The notes: generated by a model not told the origin, from the letters alone. Counted from the first letter of the stretch, positions 1 through 7,605 are shown. The stretch: DNA of 14,350 nt from Gemmatimonadota bacterium (GCA_046758745.1 JBHIAV010000059.1:1-14350), one strand, 5' to 3'. Numbers and translations are program-made.

Positions 1-56
1 TCCACCCGTTCCGGGCCAAGGGGTCCGGTCGGAGCGAAGCGACGCTGGTCGGCCGC
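1..56 (-). mobile_element. Subterminal region of IS21 copy A; the right end lies beyond the window edge
   Basis: Lies immediately after the istB stop. Contains CAGCGTCGCTTCGCTCCGA on the minus strand, a motif I recall from downstream of istB in IS21-family elements. The terminal TG/CA is not in the window. Confidence 0.55.
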
Positions 57-323
57 TCAGGCGGCCTTGGAGGTTCCGGATGACTTCCCTTTCTTGCTCT
101 CCTTTCGCATCGACGGTCCTTTGAGCGTGATCTTGTGGGCGCGATGGACCAGCCGGTCGAGGATGGCATCCCCGAAGGTGGGATCTCCGATCACCTCGTG
201 CCAGTGGTCCAGGGGCAGCTGGCTGGTGACCAGGGTGGCGCGTCGGCCATAGCGGTCCTCGAGCACTTCGAGCAAGTCCCGCCGCTCGATGTCGGAGAGC
301 GGGGCGAGACCGAAGTCGTCGAG
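57..323 (-). pseudogene. istB: IS21-family IstB ATPase, 3' half only (copy A), starting at Walker B
   Basis: Minus-strand frame reads [73 protein letters not shown], the IstB C-terminal motifs. An in-frame TAA from the palindrome lies directly upstream and there is no Walker A or start codon. Confidence 0.92.
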
Positions 324-343
324 TTATGTGGAGCTCCACATAA
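324..343. repeat. Perfect 20-bp palindrome TTATGTGGAGCTCCACATAA joining the two istB halves
   Basis: Read directly; the sequence equals its own reverse complement and is AT-rich relative to its flanks. Confidence 0.97.
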
Positions 344-595
344 GTCGACGAGGTCGGCTTTCAGCCACTCACCCGGCAGGAAGCGAGCCTCTTATTCCGG
401 CTCGTGAGCTACCGCTACGAGCGGGGCTCGACCCTCATCACCACCAACAAGGCCGTCAAGGACTGGCCCGAGGTGCTGGCCGGCGACGAGGTCATGGCCG
501 CCGCGCTTCTGGACCGGCTCCTTCACCGCTGCCACGTCCTCAACATCAAGGGCCGCAGCTACCGGCTTCGCGGCCTGGAACGCCTGGCGAAATGA
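344..595 (+). pseudogene. istB: IS21-family IstB ATPase, 3' half only (copy B), starting at Walker B
   Basis: Frame from 344 reads VDEVGFQPLTRQEASLLFRLVSYRYERGSTLITTNKAVKDWPEVLAGDEVMAAALLDRLLHRCHVLNIKGRSYRLR*. It is preceded in frame by the palindrome's TAA. Confidence 0.92.
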
Positions 596-651
596 GAACG
601 CGTCCCGACACCCGAGACCCGGAGGTGCCCGATCACTCACATACGGCAGGG

Positions 652-701
652 TCGTAAAAGTAGACGTTTCCTAAGCTCGTGCAACTGGACGTCATTTGAC
701 A
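652..701 (+). mobile_element. Right end of IS21 copy B with subterminal repeats
   Basis: Ends in ...TTTGACA (5'-TGTCAAA on the minus strand). Two imperfect 17-bp repeats, tcgtaaaagtagacgtt (652) and tcgtgcaactggacgtc (677), lie 25 bp apart, which is typical of IS21 ends. Composition changes after 701. Confidence 0.7.
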
Positions 702-709
702 ACCACGAC

Positions 710-1302
710 CTAATCTGGAGTCTCAAGCCTCCAACCCCTCCGTTCAAGGTCGTTCAGCCGTGCGCGCACAAGGGGGTCTTGCACCCGGCTCTCCGCCTGG
801 AGACGCTGAAGGGCGGCGCGACCGGACGTCCCCATTTGCGCGAGCGCGTCGACAGCGGCCACTGCTACCGGCCACTCACGGTTGCGATCTTCGGGACGAT
901 CTTCGCGGGCGACCGCCATGAGGAAGTCTATTGCCTGATCCCGCTCCGCCTGGAGACTCATCCACCGCACGATCAAGCTCCGAAGCTCCGCATTCTCCGT
1001 TGCCGTGTAGATTGCCCCCAACCGCGCGACGATTCCCGGATAGCGAATCTCCGGCGGAGGGCTATCCTCGTCTGGATGCGTGATGTACCAGAATCGGCCG
1101 GGTGACCCAACTCCAATAATAGCAGCTACTCGTTCATTCCAATCGGGCGACGTTAGGGCTACCGCCTGCAAGCTGTCGAGCTTCGCCTCGATCCGCGAGT
1201 TCGGGAGCAAAGGCTATCAACCTGTCCGACTGCCATGGACGGCGTCAGGGCTCCCAAAGCTGCGACCATACACAAAGCCCCGTGTCGCTGCTCTGAACGC
1301 AT
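710..1302 (-). pseudogene. Frameshifted putative secreted alpha-helical (HEAT-like) hypothetical protein
   Basis: RBS GAGGTG sits 8 nt before ATG 1302. The N-terminus MRSEQRHGALCMVAALGALTPSMAVG-Q looks like a signal peptide. It joins the 166-aa ORF 710..1210 if one base is added to the A3 run at 1209-1211. Confidence 0.6.
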
Positions 1303-1333
1303 CAGCATATCACCTCTCATACCCCCAGTTACC

Positions 1334-1588
1334 CTACATACATACGGTCTGACCGCTCTGGTTTATCTGCACGGCCGAAATCTGCTCGTAAGCCACGGCG
1401 GCAGTATCAAGCGCCCACAACTTGCCACACTTCTTGTGGACAATGTAGTTGTCCTTCACAAAGGCATGCTCCGCATCGGCCGACGCGGTGATCCGCGTAT
1501 CGAGACTTCCTAAACTGTCCAGAATGGCCGCGGACAGCAATTCGGCGCTTGTGTTTACGAACGGAGTGAACCCCAAACGCTGTACAGC
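1334..1588 (-). pseudogene. 3' remnant of an unknown gene, truncated by the IS3-like end
   Basis: Open frame from the IS boundary to TAG 1334 with protein-like composition. It ends just upstream of the next gene's RBS. No family recognised. Confidence 0.4.
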
Positions 1589-1725
1589 TGACCCCCGGGT
1601 TTATTGTGATGCTCAGCCCTCGCGGTAGAGGTCTTCGATGAACGCCCGGGGAGGCCGGTTCCCGAGGGAGGAGTGCCGACGCTCCCGATTATAGTAGCGA
1701 GTTCGAGTCTGGACGACCGCCCGGA
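1589..1725 (-). mobile_element. IS3/IS481-like transposase C-terminal remnant with right terminal repeat
   Basis: Frame 1723..1613 reads RAVVQTRTRYYNRERRHSSLGNRPPRAFIEDLYREG*, carrying the integrase-core YNxxRxHSSLG motif. It is followed by a putative IR reading TGACCCCCGGGTTTATTGTGA from 1589 on the plus strand. Not in the ORF track. Confidence 0.8.
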
Positions 1726-2980
1726 GAGCTATTGTCAAAAGTTGTGGATCGGGGATCGCGCATGATCAGGCGGCTTCCTTGGTGACCCGCTGCCTCAGCC
1801 TCACGGTGGCGAACGGCGACTCGATCACGTTCGTCGTCCTCAGGTGCTTCCAGTGCTCGGCCGGGAAATCGAAGAACGTGAGGAGTTTCCCTTGGTCGCG
1901 CGTGAGAGACTCGACCGCCTTCGGGTACTTGGCCCCATACTCCTCGCTGAACGTCGCGATCTCTCGCTCGGCCGCCTCCCGAATCTCGGCGTACAGGATC
2001 TCGCGCAGCTTCTCCTTCGCCCGCCCCTGGAGCCGCTTCGGCAGCTTGTCCAGGACGTTCGAAAGCCGGTGCACCCAGAGAGTCCCGCTGCTCTCTCGTC
2101 TCCGGCCAGATGTCCCTCACGGCCGACCAGAAGCCCAGCGCTCCGTCCCCGATCGCCAGGACCGGGGCACGCATGCCGCGGCGCCTCAGATCCCGAAGCA
2201 CCGCGCTCCAGCTCTCCTTTGACTCCCGGTAGCCGTCCTCCACGGCCAACAGCTCCTTCGTCCCGTCCGGCCTCGCCCCGATCATCACCAGCAGGCACAG
2301 CCGGTCGTCTTCGAGCCGGATGGTCAGATGGATCCCATCCACCCACACGTACACGTAGTCGAGCTCGGAGAGGTCCCGGCGCCGGAACGCCTCGTACTCC
2401 TCGCGCCACACCTCCACCAGCCGCGCGATGTTCGACGCCGAAAGCCCTGCTGCATCCTCCCCCAACAACACCGGCAGCGCTTCCCGGAAGTCCCCCGTCG
2501 AGAGGCCCCGCAGATACAGGATCGGAAGCACCTCGGCCACCTTCGGGCTCCGCCTCATGTACGGCGGCAGGATCCGGCTACTGAACCGCTCGCCCGCCCG
2601 CCGGTCGTTCACCCTCGAAGCCGTGATCTCAAGCGTCCCGGAGCCGATCGTTACCTTCCGGGGCCGAGCCCTCCCGTTCCTCACGACCTGAGCATGGCCC
2701 CGCTGGTCACGCTCCCCGCGGCGCTTCTCCACGTAGGCGGTGACCGCCTCGAGCGCCGCCTCCAGCATCCGCTTCGCCCCCTGGCGCGCGATCTCGTCCA
2801 GGTCCAGCCCGACCCCTTCCGTCGGGGGCGCCCTGTCCACTACCTTGAGCATGGGTGGCGTCTCCTTCCTCCCGGCCCGCCAGCCGGGCTTCGTGTGTTC
2901 GATCCGAAACCACACGGAAGGATACGCCGCCTCTTTTCATCCGCTCAAATCACTCGATCCACAACTTTCCGTGATAACTC
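1726..2980 (-). mobile_element. IS256-family insertion sequence (degenerate)
   Basis: Imperfect 26-bp terminal IRs: gagctattgtcaaaagttgtggatcg (1726-1751) and gagttatcacggaaagttgtggatcg (reverse complement of 2955-2980). Encloses a Mutator-type transposase. No target-site duplication. Confidence 0.92.
1766..2852 (-). pseudogene. IS256-family (Mutator-type DDE) transposase, frameshifted and C-terminally deleted
   Basis: AAGGAG RBS before ATG 2852 (MLKVV). Motifs RNG, LYLRGLSTGDF, VWVDGI, AIGDGALGFW and RTTNVIES are present. A 4-nt insertion near 2076-2082 splits QRD/WVH between two ORFs. Confidence 0.92.
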
Positions 2981-3178
2981 GGATCGAAAAGCCAGAATGC
3001 GTCCGGGGACCACGGCACCTACCGGGCAGCGCTCGAGCACGGCCGTGACCAGATCTCCATGCGGATCGATCACGCAGCAGGCGCGGCCCGCACGAATGTC
3101 GTCCAGAATGAGGTGCAGAAAGAGTGTGGACTTGCCGACCCCCGGTAGGCCGGACACATAGAGGCCGAGGGGGCGGTT
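2981..3178 (-). pseudogene. N-terminal fragment of a type IV coupling protein / HerA-FtsK-like ATPase
   Basis: Reads RPLGLYVSGLPGVGKSTLFLHLILDDIRAGRACCVIDPHGDLV, giving Walker A plus the IDPHGDL motif. Cut by the IS256 end at 2980. Confidence 0.8.
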
Positions 3179-3183
3179 GGCCG

Positions 3184-3237
3184 AGGGAAATCGAAGAACG
3201 TGAGGAGATTCTCCTGATCGCGCCGGAGGGACTTTAC
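3184..3237 (-). mobile_element. Short internal fragment of a second IS256 transposase
   Basis: Reads VKSLRRDQENLLTFFDFP versus VESLTRDQGKLLTFFDFP in the neighbouring IS256. The 23-bp stretch gggaaatcgaagaacgtgaggag occurs at both 1863 and 3185. Confidence 0.75.
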
Positions 3238-3343
3238 AACGGGATATTCTTCACTCAATCACCCGCGCGGCACTGTGTTGGCAAGCTTCGAGTGAACGGC
3301 GTAAACGGATCTGGGTTTTGGTGTGACCGTTTCCTGGGTCGCG

Positions 3344-3622
3344 CTACAAAGGTGTTCGCCCCTGAGAGCCTGAAGCCTCAAAAACCAGGTCGCAGCGCAG
3401 CCGCCCGCCCTCAAGGCACCAGAATGTGTCGGTCAGCTCCCAAGTGTCGTCAGGGGCCCAATCGATGTAGCTGATCCCGTCGCGCCTCAGCTGCCGCACG
3501 AGCTCGTCCAGGGTGGCCGGGGAGAAGTAGCCGACCAGAATGCCCTGTTCCTCCTCGCAGTGGCGCACCCAGACGTCAACGACGTTAACCGGCAGACGCC
3601 CAGCACTACTCTTCCAGAACAT
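3344..3622 (-). CDS. Hypothetical protein (92 aa)
   Basis: ATG-initiated ORF with globular composition in the same orientation as its neighbours. No motif recognised. Confidence 0.4.
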   Translation of the reverse strand: MFWKSSAGRLPVNVVDVWVRHCEEEQGILVGYFSPATLDELVRQLRRDGISYIDWAPDDTWELTDTFWCLEGGRLRCDLVFEASGSQGRTPL

Positions 3623-3823
3623 GCAAGCAGTTCCGCGTCATGCAACAATCCACACATCGGCCAGGCTAGGAGCGTCTTCGTATCACCCAGAGTGAGCACT
3701 TCTAGGCCATAACCGTACTTCGGTTCCAATCTGCGCCGCGAATCGCATGCCACGGGCTTTCTCCCGGTGTGGCTGTGCCACGCCTTGTTGGTACCGGACA
3801 CCACCCTATACCGAAAGCAGAGG

Positions 3824-4602
3824 TTAGCGGAAAGGAGGGAAGTCCGTGCGCTGGACGATTAACCTGTTCTGTACCGCATAACGAACCAGCTCCGGAGTGT
3901 TTCTGAGTCCTATCTTGCGCAGGATTCGCGCCCTGTGGGAACTCACCGTCTTGGGACTCAGTGACAGCTCCTTGGCAATCTCTCCAGTTGTTCGCCCCGT
4001 CCCGTACATGCACAGAATCTCGTATTCGCGCTCCGTCAAGCTGTCGTGCAGCTGCAGTCCGCCTTTCTCTCCACTGTGAGCCACCACGTGGAAGGCAAGC
4101 CGCTCGCCCATGGAGGGCGTTACGTACTTTCCTTTCTTGCGGACGTACCGGATGGCTCTCGCAAGTACGCCAGGCGATTCCTCCGAGGTGATATATCCTG
4201 AAGCACCGACTTTCAACGCCAACAGGGCATAGTGGTCCTCCCGTGCTGTGCCTAATACGAGCAATCGAAGCTGGGGCCGCTCATCCGTGAGTCGGCTGAT
4301 CATTTTGAGAACCGATGGGTCCGGGGTGGGAATGGGCAGCAGCAGGACGTCGGCGCCCGCGATTTCAGCTTTCGCGAGCAACTCGTCGACATCCGCGGCC
4401 TCTCGCCGACCACCTGCATGTCTGAAAAGGCCGCCACGACGCGCTTCAGTCCCTCGCGGTAGAGCGGTCGGCTGTCCAGAATGGCAACGTGGATCTCGAT
4501 AGTTTCGGAAGTCTCCTGTCGCCGCTGTACGGACCTTCTACCGAATGCGTGGCACCGCCACACCCCCGGAGCCGGCCCCCTTGATGTTGCAGTACCGCAC
4601 AT
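3824..4602 (-). pseudogene. NarL/FixJ-family (LuxR HTH) response regulator with atypical receiver, frameshifted; start uncertain
   Basis: C-terminal LTEREYEILCMYGTGRTTGEIAKELSLSPKTVSSHRARILRKIG is a LuxR HTH. The receiver N-terminus IHVAILDSRPLYREGLKRVV...VVGE is in another frame. Removing 2 nt at 4399-4404 gives VVGEAADVDELL. Confidence 0.85.
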
Positions 4603-4875
4603 GAGTAGGATGCCAGCAATCGACCGGATCTTACACGTCTGAGAAGACTAACCGTCTAGGTACAGCCGGTGAGCACCGCAGAAGTTTGTCCGTCTAGGGG
4701 ATGATGGGGAACACCTTCGGAAGCCCGGGGTGAACAAGACCACCACGTGCGGCTGAGCGCGCGAATACGAGGCTCGTCCCTTTGGTCCAGTGTAACATTT
4801 TCGGCCGCCACAATCGGGACATTCCCATCCGCCACTGACAGCGGGCGAACATTCTCAACCTCCTCCTTGAACCAC

Positions 4876-4995
4876 TGGAGGTGACCCGGTTTGGTGGACA
4901 CCCGATCTCTTGGGAGAGAGGAGAAGTCCACGATGCCGAGAACGAGACCGCCGTACGCGCCGGAGTTCCGGCGGCAGATGGTCGAGCTGGTGTGG
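4876..4995 (+). mobile_element. IS3-family left end with the first ~20 codons of orfA
   Basis: IR-like TGGAGGTGACCCGGTTTGGTGGACA at 4876, GAGGAG RBS, then ATG 4933 reading MPRTRPPYAPEFRRQMVELV. Similarity to OrfA is lost after that. Confidence 0.85.
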
Positions 4996-5024
4996 ATCGG
5001 ACCGGACGCCAGGTCGCGGAGGGG

Positions 5025-6551
5025 CTACTCGCCCTCCACCCTTCGGTCCAGCACCCGGTAGTGGACGGCCTCGGTCACCTGATCGGCGGCGATCTTGTCA
5101 CCGCAGCCCAGGTCGGCGATGGTTCGCGAGATCTTTAGGATCCGGTGATACGCCCGGGCGCTGAGCCCGAAGCGCTCCACGGCCGCCCGGAGGATGGCCT
5201 CCGCCTGCGCGTCCAGTCGGCAGAACTGCCGGATCTCCTCGGGCCCCATCTCCGCGTTCGCCTTTCCCGCCAGCCGCCGGCCCGCCCGCGCCCGGGCTTC
5301 CACCACCCGCTCCCGCACCCGGGCGCTCGACTCGCCGGCTCGCCCGTTCGTCAGCTCCCGCCACTTCACCGCCGGGACGTCCACGTGGAGGTCGATCCGG
5401 TCCAGCAGCGGCCCGCTGATCCGGCTCAGGTATCGCCGCACGACCGTCGGGTCGCAGGTGCACCGGCCAGAACCACTTCCATGATACCCGCACGGGCACG
5501 GGTTCATCGCGGCGACGAGCGTGAACCGCGCCGGGAAGGTAACGGCCGCCCTCGCCCGCACCACGCTCACCACCCCCTCCTCGAGCGGCTGCCGCAGCAC
5601 CTCCAGAGACCGGCGCTGGAACTCCGGCAGCTCATCGAGAAAGAGCACGCCCCGGTGCGCGAGGGACGCCTCCCCGGGCCGCGGGATGGAGCCGCCGCCG
5701 ATGAGGCCGGCGTAACTGATCGTGTGATGGGGAGCGCGGAAGGGACGCTCCTCGATGAGCCCGGAGCGCGGGCGGAGCCGTCCCGCCACGCTGTGGACCG
5801 CCGTGACCTCGACCTTCTCGGCGAGGGTCATGCGGGGGAGGATGGTCGGCAGGCGCCGCGCCAGCATCGTCTTGCCGGCTCCGGGCTCCCCGCGCAGCAA
5901 CAGGTTGTGGCCGCCCGCCGCTGCGATCTCCAGCGCCCTTCGCGCTCGCTCCTGTCCCCGCACATCGGCCATGTCCAGCCTCGGACCGGGCGCGCCCGGC
6001 TCCGCGCGCTTCAGCTCGTCCGATCGGGTGAGCGGCGCTTTCTCCCGGAGGAAATCGAGCACCGCCTGGAGGCCTCCGGCACCTAGCACGGGGAAATCCC
6101 GGACCGGACGTGTCTCGGAGAGGTTGTCGAGCGGAAGGATCAGCCCCTCCAGACCGGGCTCGGACCGGCAGCGGAGGGCGATCGGGAGGGCTCCGCGCAC
6201 GGCGCGAAGGCTCCCGTCGAGACCGACCTCGCCGACCCAGGCGTACCGGCGGGCACGGCGGCCGTCGACCTGCCCGGCCGCGGCCAGGATCCCCACCAGG
6301 ATGGGAAGGTCGAAAGCGGAACCGTGCTTGCGGGTATCCGCCGGTGCCAGGTTCACGGTGATCCGCAGCCCCGGAATGTGCAGGCCGAGCTGTGCGGCAG
6401 CCGCGCGGATCCGCTCCTTCCCCTCGCGCACCGCGCTCTCCGCCAGCCCGACGACCTGGATCATCGGCGTGCCTCGCGTGATCGCCACTTCGACCCGCAC
6501 CAGGTACGCATCCAGGCCGAGGAGCGTCACCGAGGTGACGGTCTCGAGCAT
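5025..6551 (-). CDS. comM: ComM/YifB Mg-chelatase-like AAA+ ATPase (508 aa)
   Basis: Motifs VGLAESAVRE, ITVNLAPAD.RKHGSAFDLPI, Walker A GEPGAGKT, RPFRAPHHTIS, FLDELPEF, AAMNPCPCG..CTC, SGPLLDRID and SARAYHRILKISRTIADL. ATG 6551 matches the family N-terminus. Confidence 0.96.
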   Translation of the reverse strand: MLETVTSVTLLGLDAYLVRVEVAITRGTPMIQVVGLAESAVREGKERIRAAAAQLGLHIPGLRITVNLAPADTRKHGSAFDLPILVGILAAAGQVDGRRARRYAWVGEVGLDGSLRAVRGALPIALRCRSEPGLEGLILPLDNLSETRPVRDFPVLGAGGLQAVLDFLREKAPLTRSDELKRAEPGAPGPRLDMADVRGQERARRALEIAAAGGHNLLLRGEPGAGKTMLARRLPTILPRMTLAEKVEVTAVHSVAGRLRPRSGLIEERPFRAPHHTISYAGLIGGGSIPRPGEASLAHRGVLFLDELPEFQRRSLEVLRQPLEEGVVSVVRARAAVTFPARFTLVAAMNPCPCGYHGSGSGRCTCDPTVVRRYLSRISGPLLDRIDLHVDVPAVKWRELTNGRAGESSARVRERVVEARARAGRRLAGKANAEMGPEEIRQFCRLDAQAEAILRAAVERFGLSARAYHRILKISRTIADLGCGDKIAADQVTEAVHYRVLDRRVEGE

Positions 6552-6563
6552 ACCTGCCACGGT

Positions 6564-6627
6564 GCCGGGGCCGGTCAACGGGCGATCAATCGGCTCCCGG
6601 CGAGGTTCGGGCCCGTCCGGCCCCGGC
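6564..6627 (-). other. Intergenic inverted repeat / predicted hairpin (11 bp + 6 bp stems)
   Basis: Minus strand reads GCCGGGGCCGG-ACGGGC-(27 nt)-GCCCGT-TGA-CCGGCCCCGGC. There is no U-tract. Confidence 0.7.
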
Positions 6628-7296
6628 TCACACGAAGGTCGCGATCTCGCGCAAGGCCCTGCGCTCGAGATCCGGTACGAGCGCGTCTTCCGCGGGATAG
6701 CCGACGACGAGGAGAAGAAAGGGCCGCTCGTTCGGGGGCCGGCCGAGGATCTCGTTCAGGAAGCGCATCGGGCTCGGCGTGTGGGTGAGGGAGGCGAGGC
6801 CGGCGTGGTGGATCGAGGTGATGAGGATGCCGGTGGCGATCCCGACGGACTCCTGCACGTAGTAGTTCTTGATCCGCTCGCCTGCCGGAGTCAGCCCGTA
6901 GCTTCTGGCGAAGATCGCGATGAGATAGGGTGCCGTCTCGAGAAACGGCTTGTGCTCGTTCGTGCCGAGCGGCGCCAGGGCCTCCAGCCATTCGCGCGGC
7001 GCCCGCTCGTGATAGAACTCCCGCTCCTCCGTCTCGGCCGCCTGGCGGATCCGGCGCTTCAAGGCGGGATCGGAGACGACCACGAAGTGCCACGGCTGCC
7101 GGTGCGCGCCGCTCGGCGCCGTCCCCGCCGCGCGCAGGCAGTCCTCGATGATCTCTCGCGGCACCGGACGATCGGCGAAATGGCGGACGGTGCGCCGGCG
7201 CCGCACCTCGGCGTAGAAGGAGGCTGCGCGTTGCCGCATCTCCTCGACCGGATACTCCCGGTAACCCGAAAGGGGTACGAAGGCCGGTTTCGTCAT
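6628..7296 (-). CDS. Nitroreductase family, iodotyrosine deiodinase (IYD)-like flavoprotein
   Basis: FMN motifs RRRRTVRHF and [13 protein letters not shown] signatures AAExEEREFY (E91, Y95), LGTxxxKPFL (K116), [10 protein letters not shown] and LTHTP (T173). Confidence 0.92.
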   Translation of the reverse strand: MTKPAFVPLSGYREYPVEEMRQRAASFYAEVRRRRTVRHFADRPVPREIIEDCLRAAGTAPSGAHRQPWHFVVVSDPALKRRIRQAAETEEREFYHERAPREWLEALAPLGTNEHKPFLETAPYLIAIFARSYGLTPAGERIKNYYVQESVGIATGILITSIHHAGLASLTHTPSPMRFLNEILGRPPNERPFLLLVVGYPAEDALVPDLERRALREIATFV

Positions 7297-7605
7297 GGCT
7301 TACCACACTCGCGTGGCTGCGGGCCTCGTGGCGCGACGGATCCCCTCGGCCTCTCCGTCGGCGTTCCCTATGGGCGGCACGCCGCGCCCGCCTGATCCAC
7401 CGTCGATGTTCCGCTGCGCGGAATCCCTCGGCCTCCTGCTCGGTTCGCGGCTCGGCCGGCTCGGTGCACGGCCGGAAGTTCGAGGATGCGGGCGAGCGAC
7501 GCCAGATCGGGGCGCCGGGATGAGACTCTCTGTCCGGTCTTGCCGCCGCGTCGCCCGAGCCACACTCTCCCGGCGTGACACGAGGCTTCGAGCGGCAGCG
7601 CGCGA

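Noticed and set aside
324-343. Chromosomal dif site
   Set aside because: The arms are in the opposite arrangement (TTATG...CATAA rather than CATAA-N6-TTATG) and there is no TTATGTTAAAT arm.
57-595. Fold-back (inverted duplication) artefact as the explanation for the palindrome
   Set aside because: Perfect symmetry stops after 20 bp and the two arms encode clearly different IstB proteins. Another kind of chimera still needs read checking.
1689-2915. 408-aa ORF as an intact transposase
   Set aside because: It is out of frame after about 2080 and runs through the IR. The true C-terminus is in ORF 1766..2074.
4656-4931. 91-aa ORF as a gene or histidine kinase remnant
   Set aside because: It starts inside the IS3 end, so it is chimeric, and no kinase N/G-box motifs are recognisable.
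4989-5000. ggtgtggatcgg resembles the inner IS256 IR (gttgtggatcgg, 1741-1752) at the IS3 breakpoint
   Set aside because: Only 11 of 12 bp match and the outer IR is absent, so chance cannot be excluded.
7297-7605. RiPP precursor or ncRNA in the divergent intergenic region next to the MftE-like gene
   Set aside because: No convincing small ORF with an RBS, no radical-SAM or other maturase nearby, and no recognisable RNA motif.
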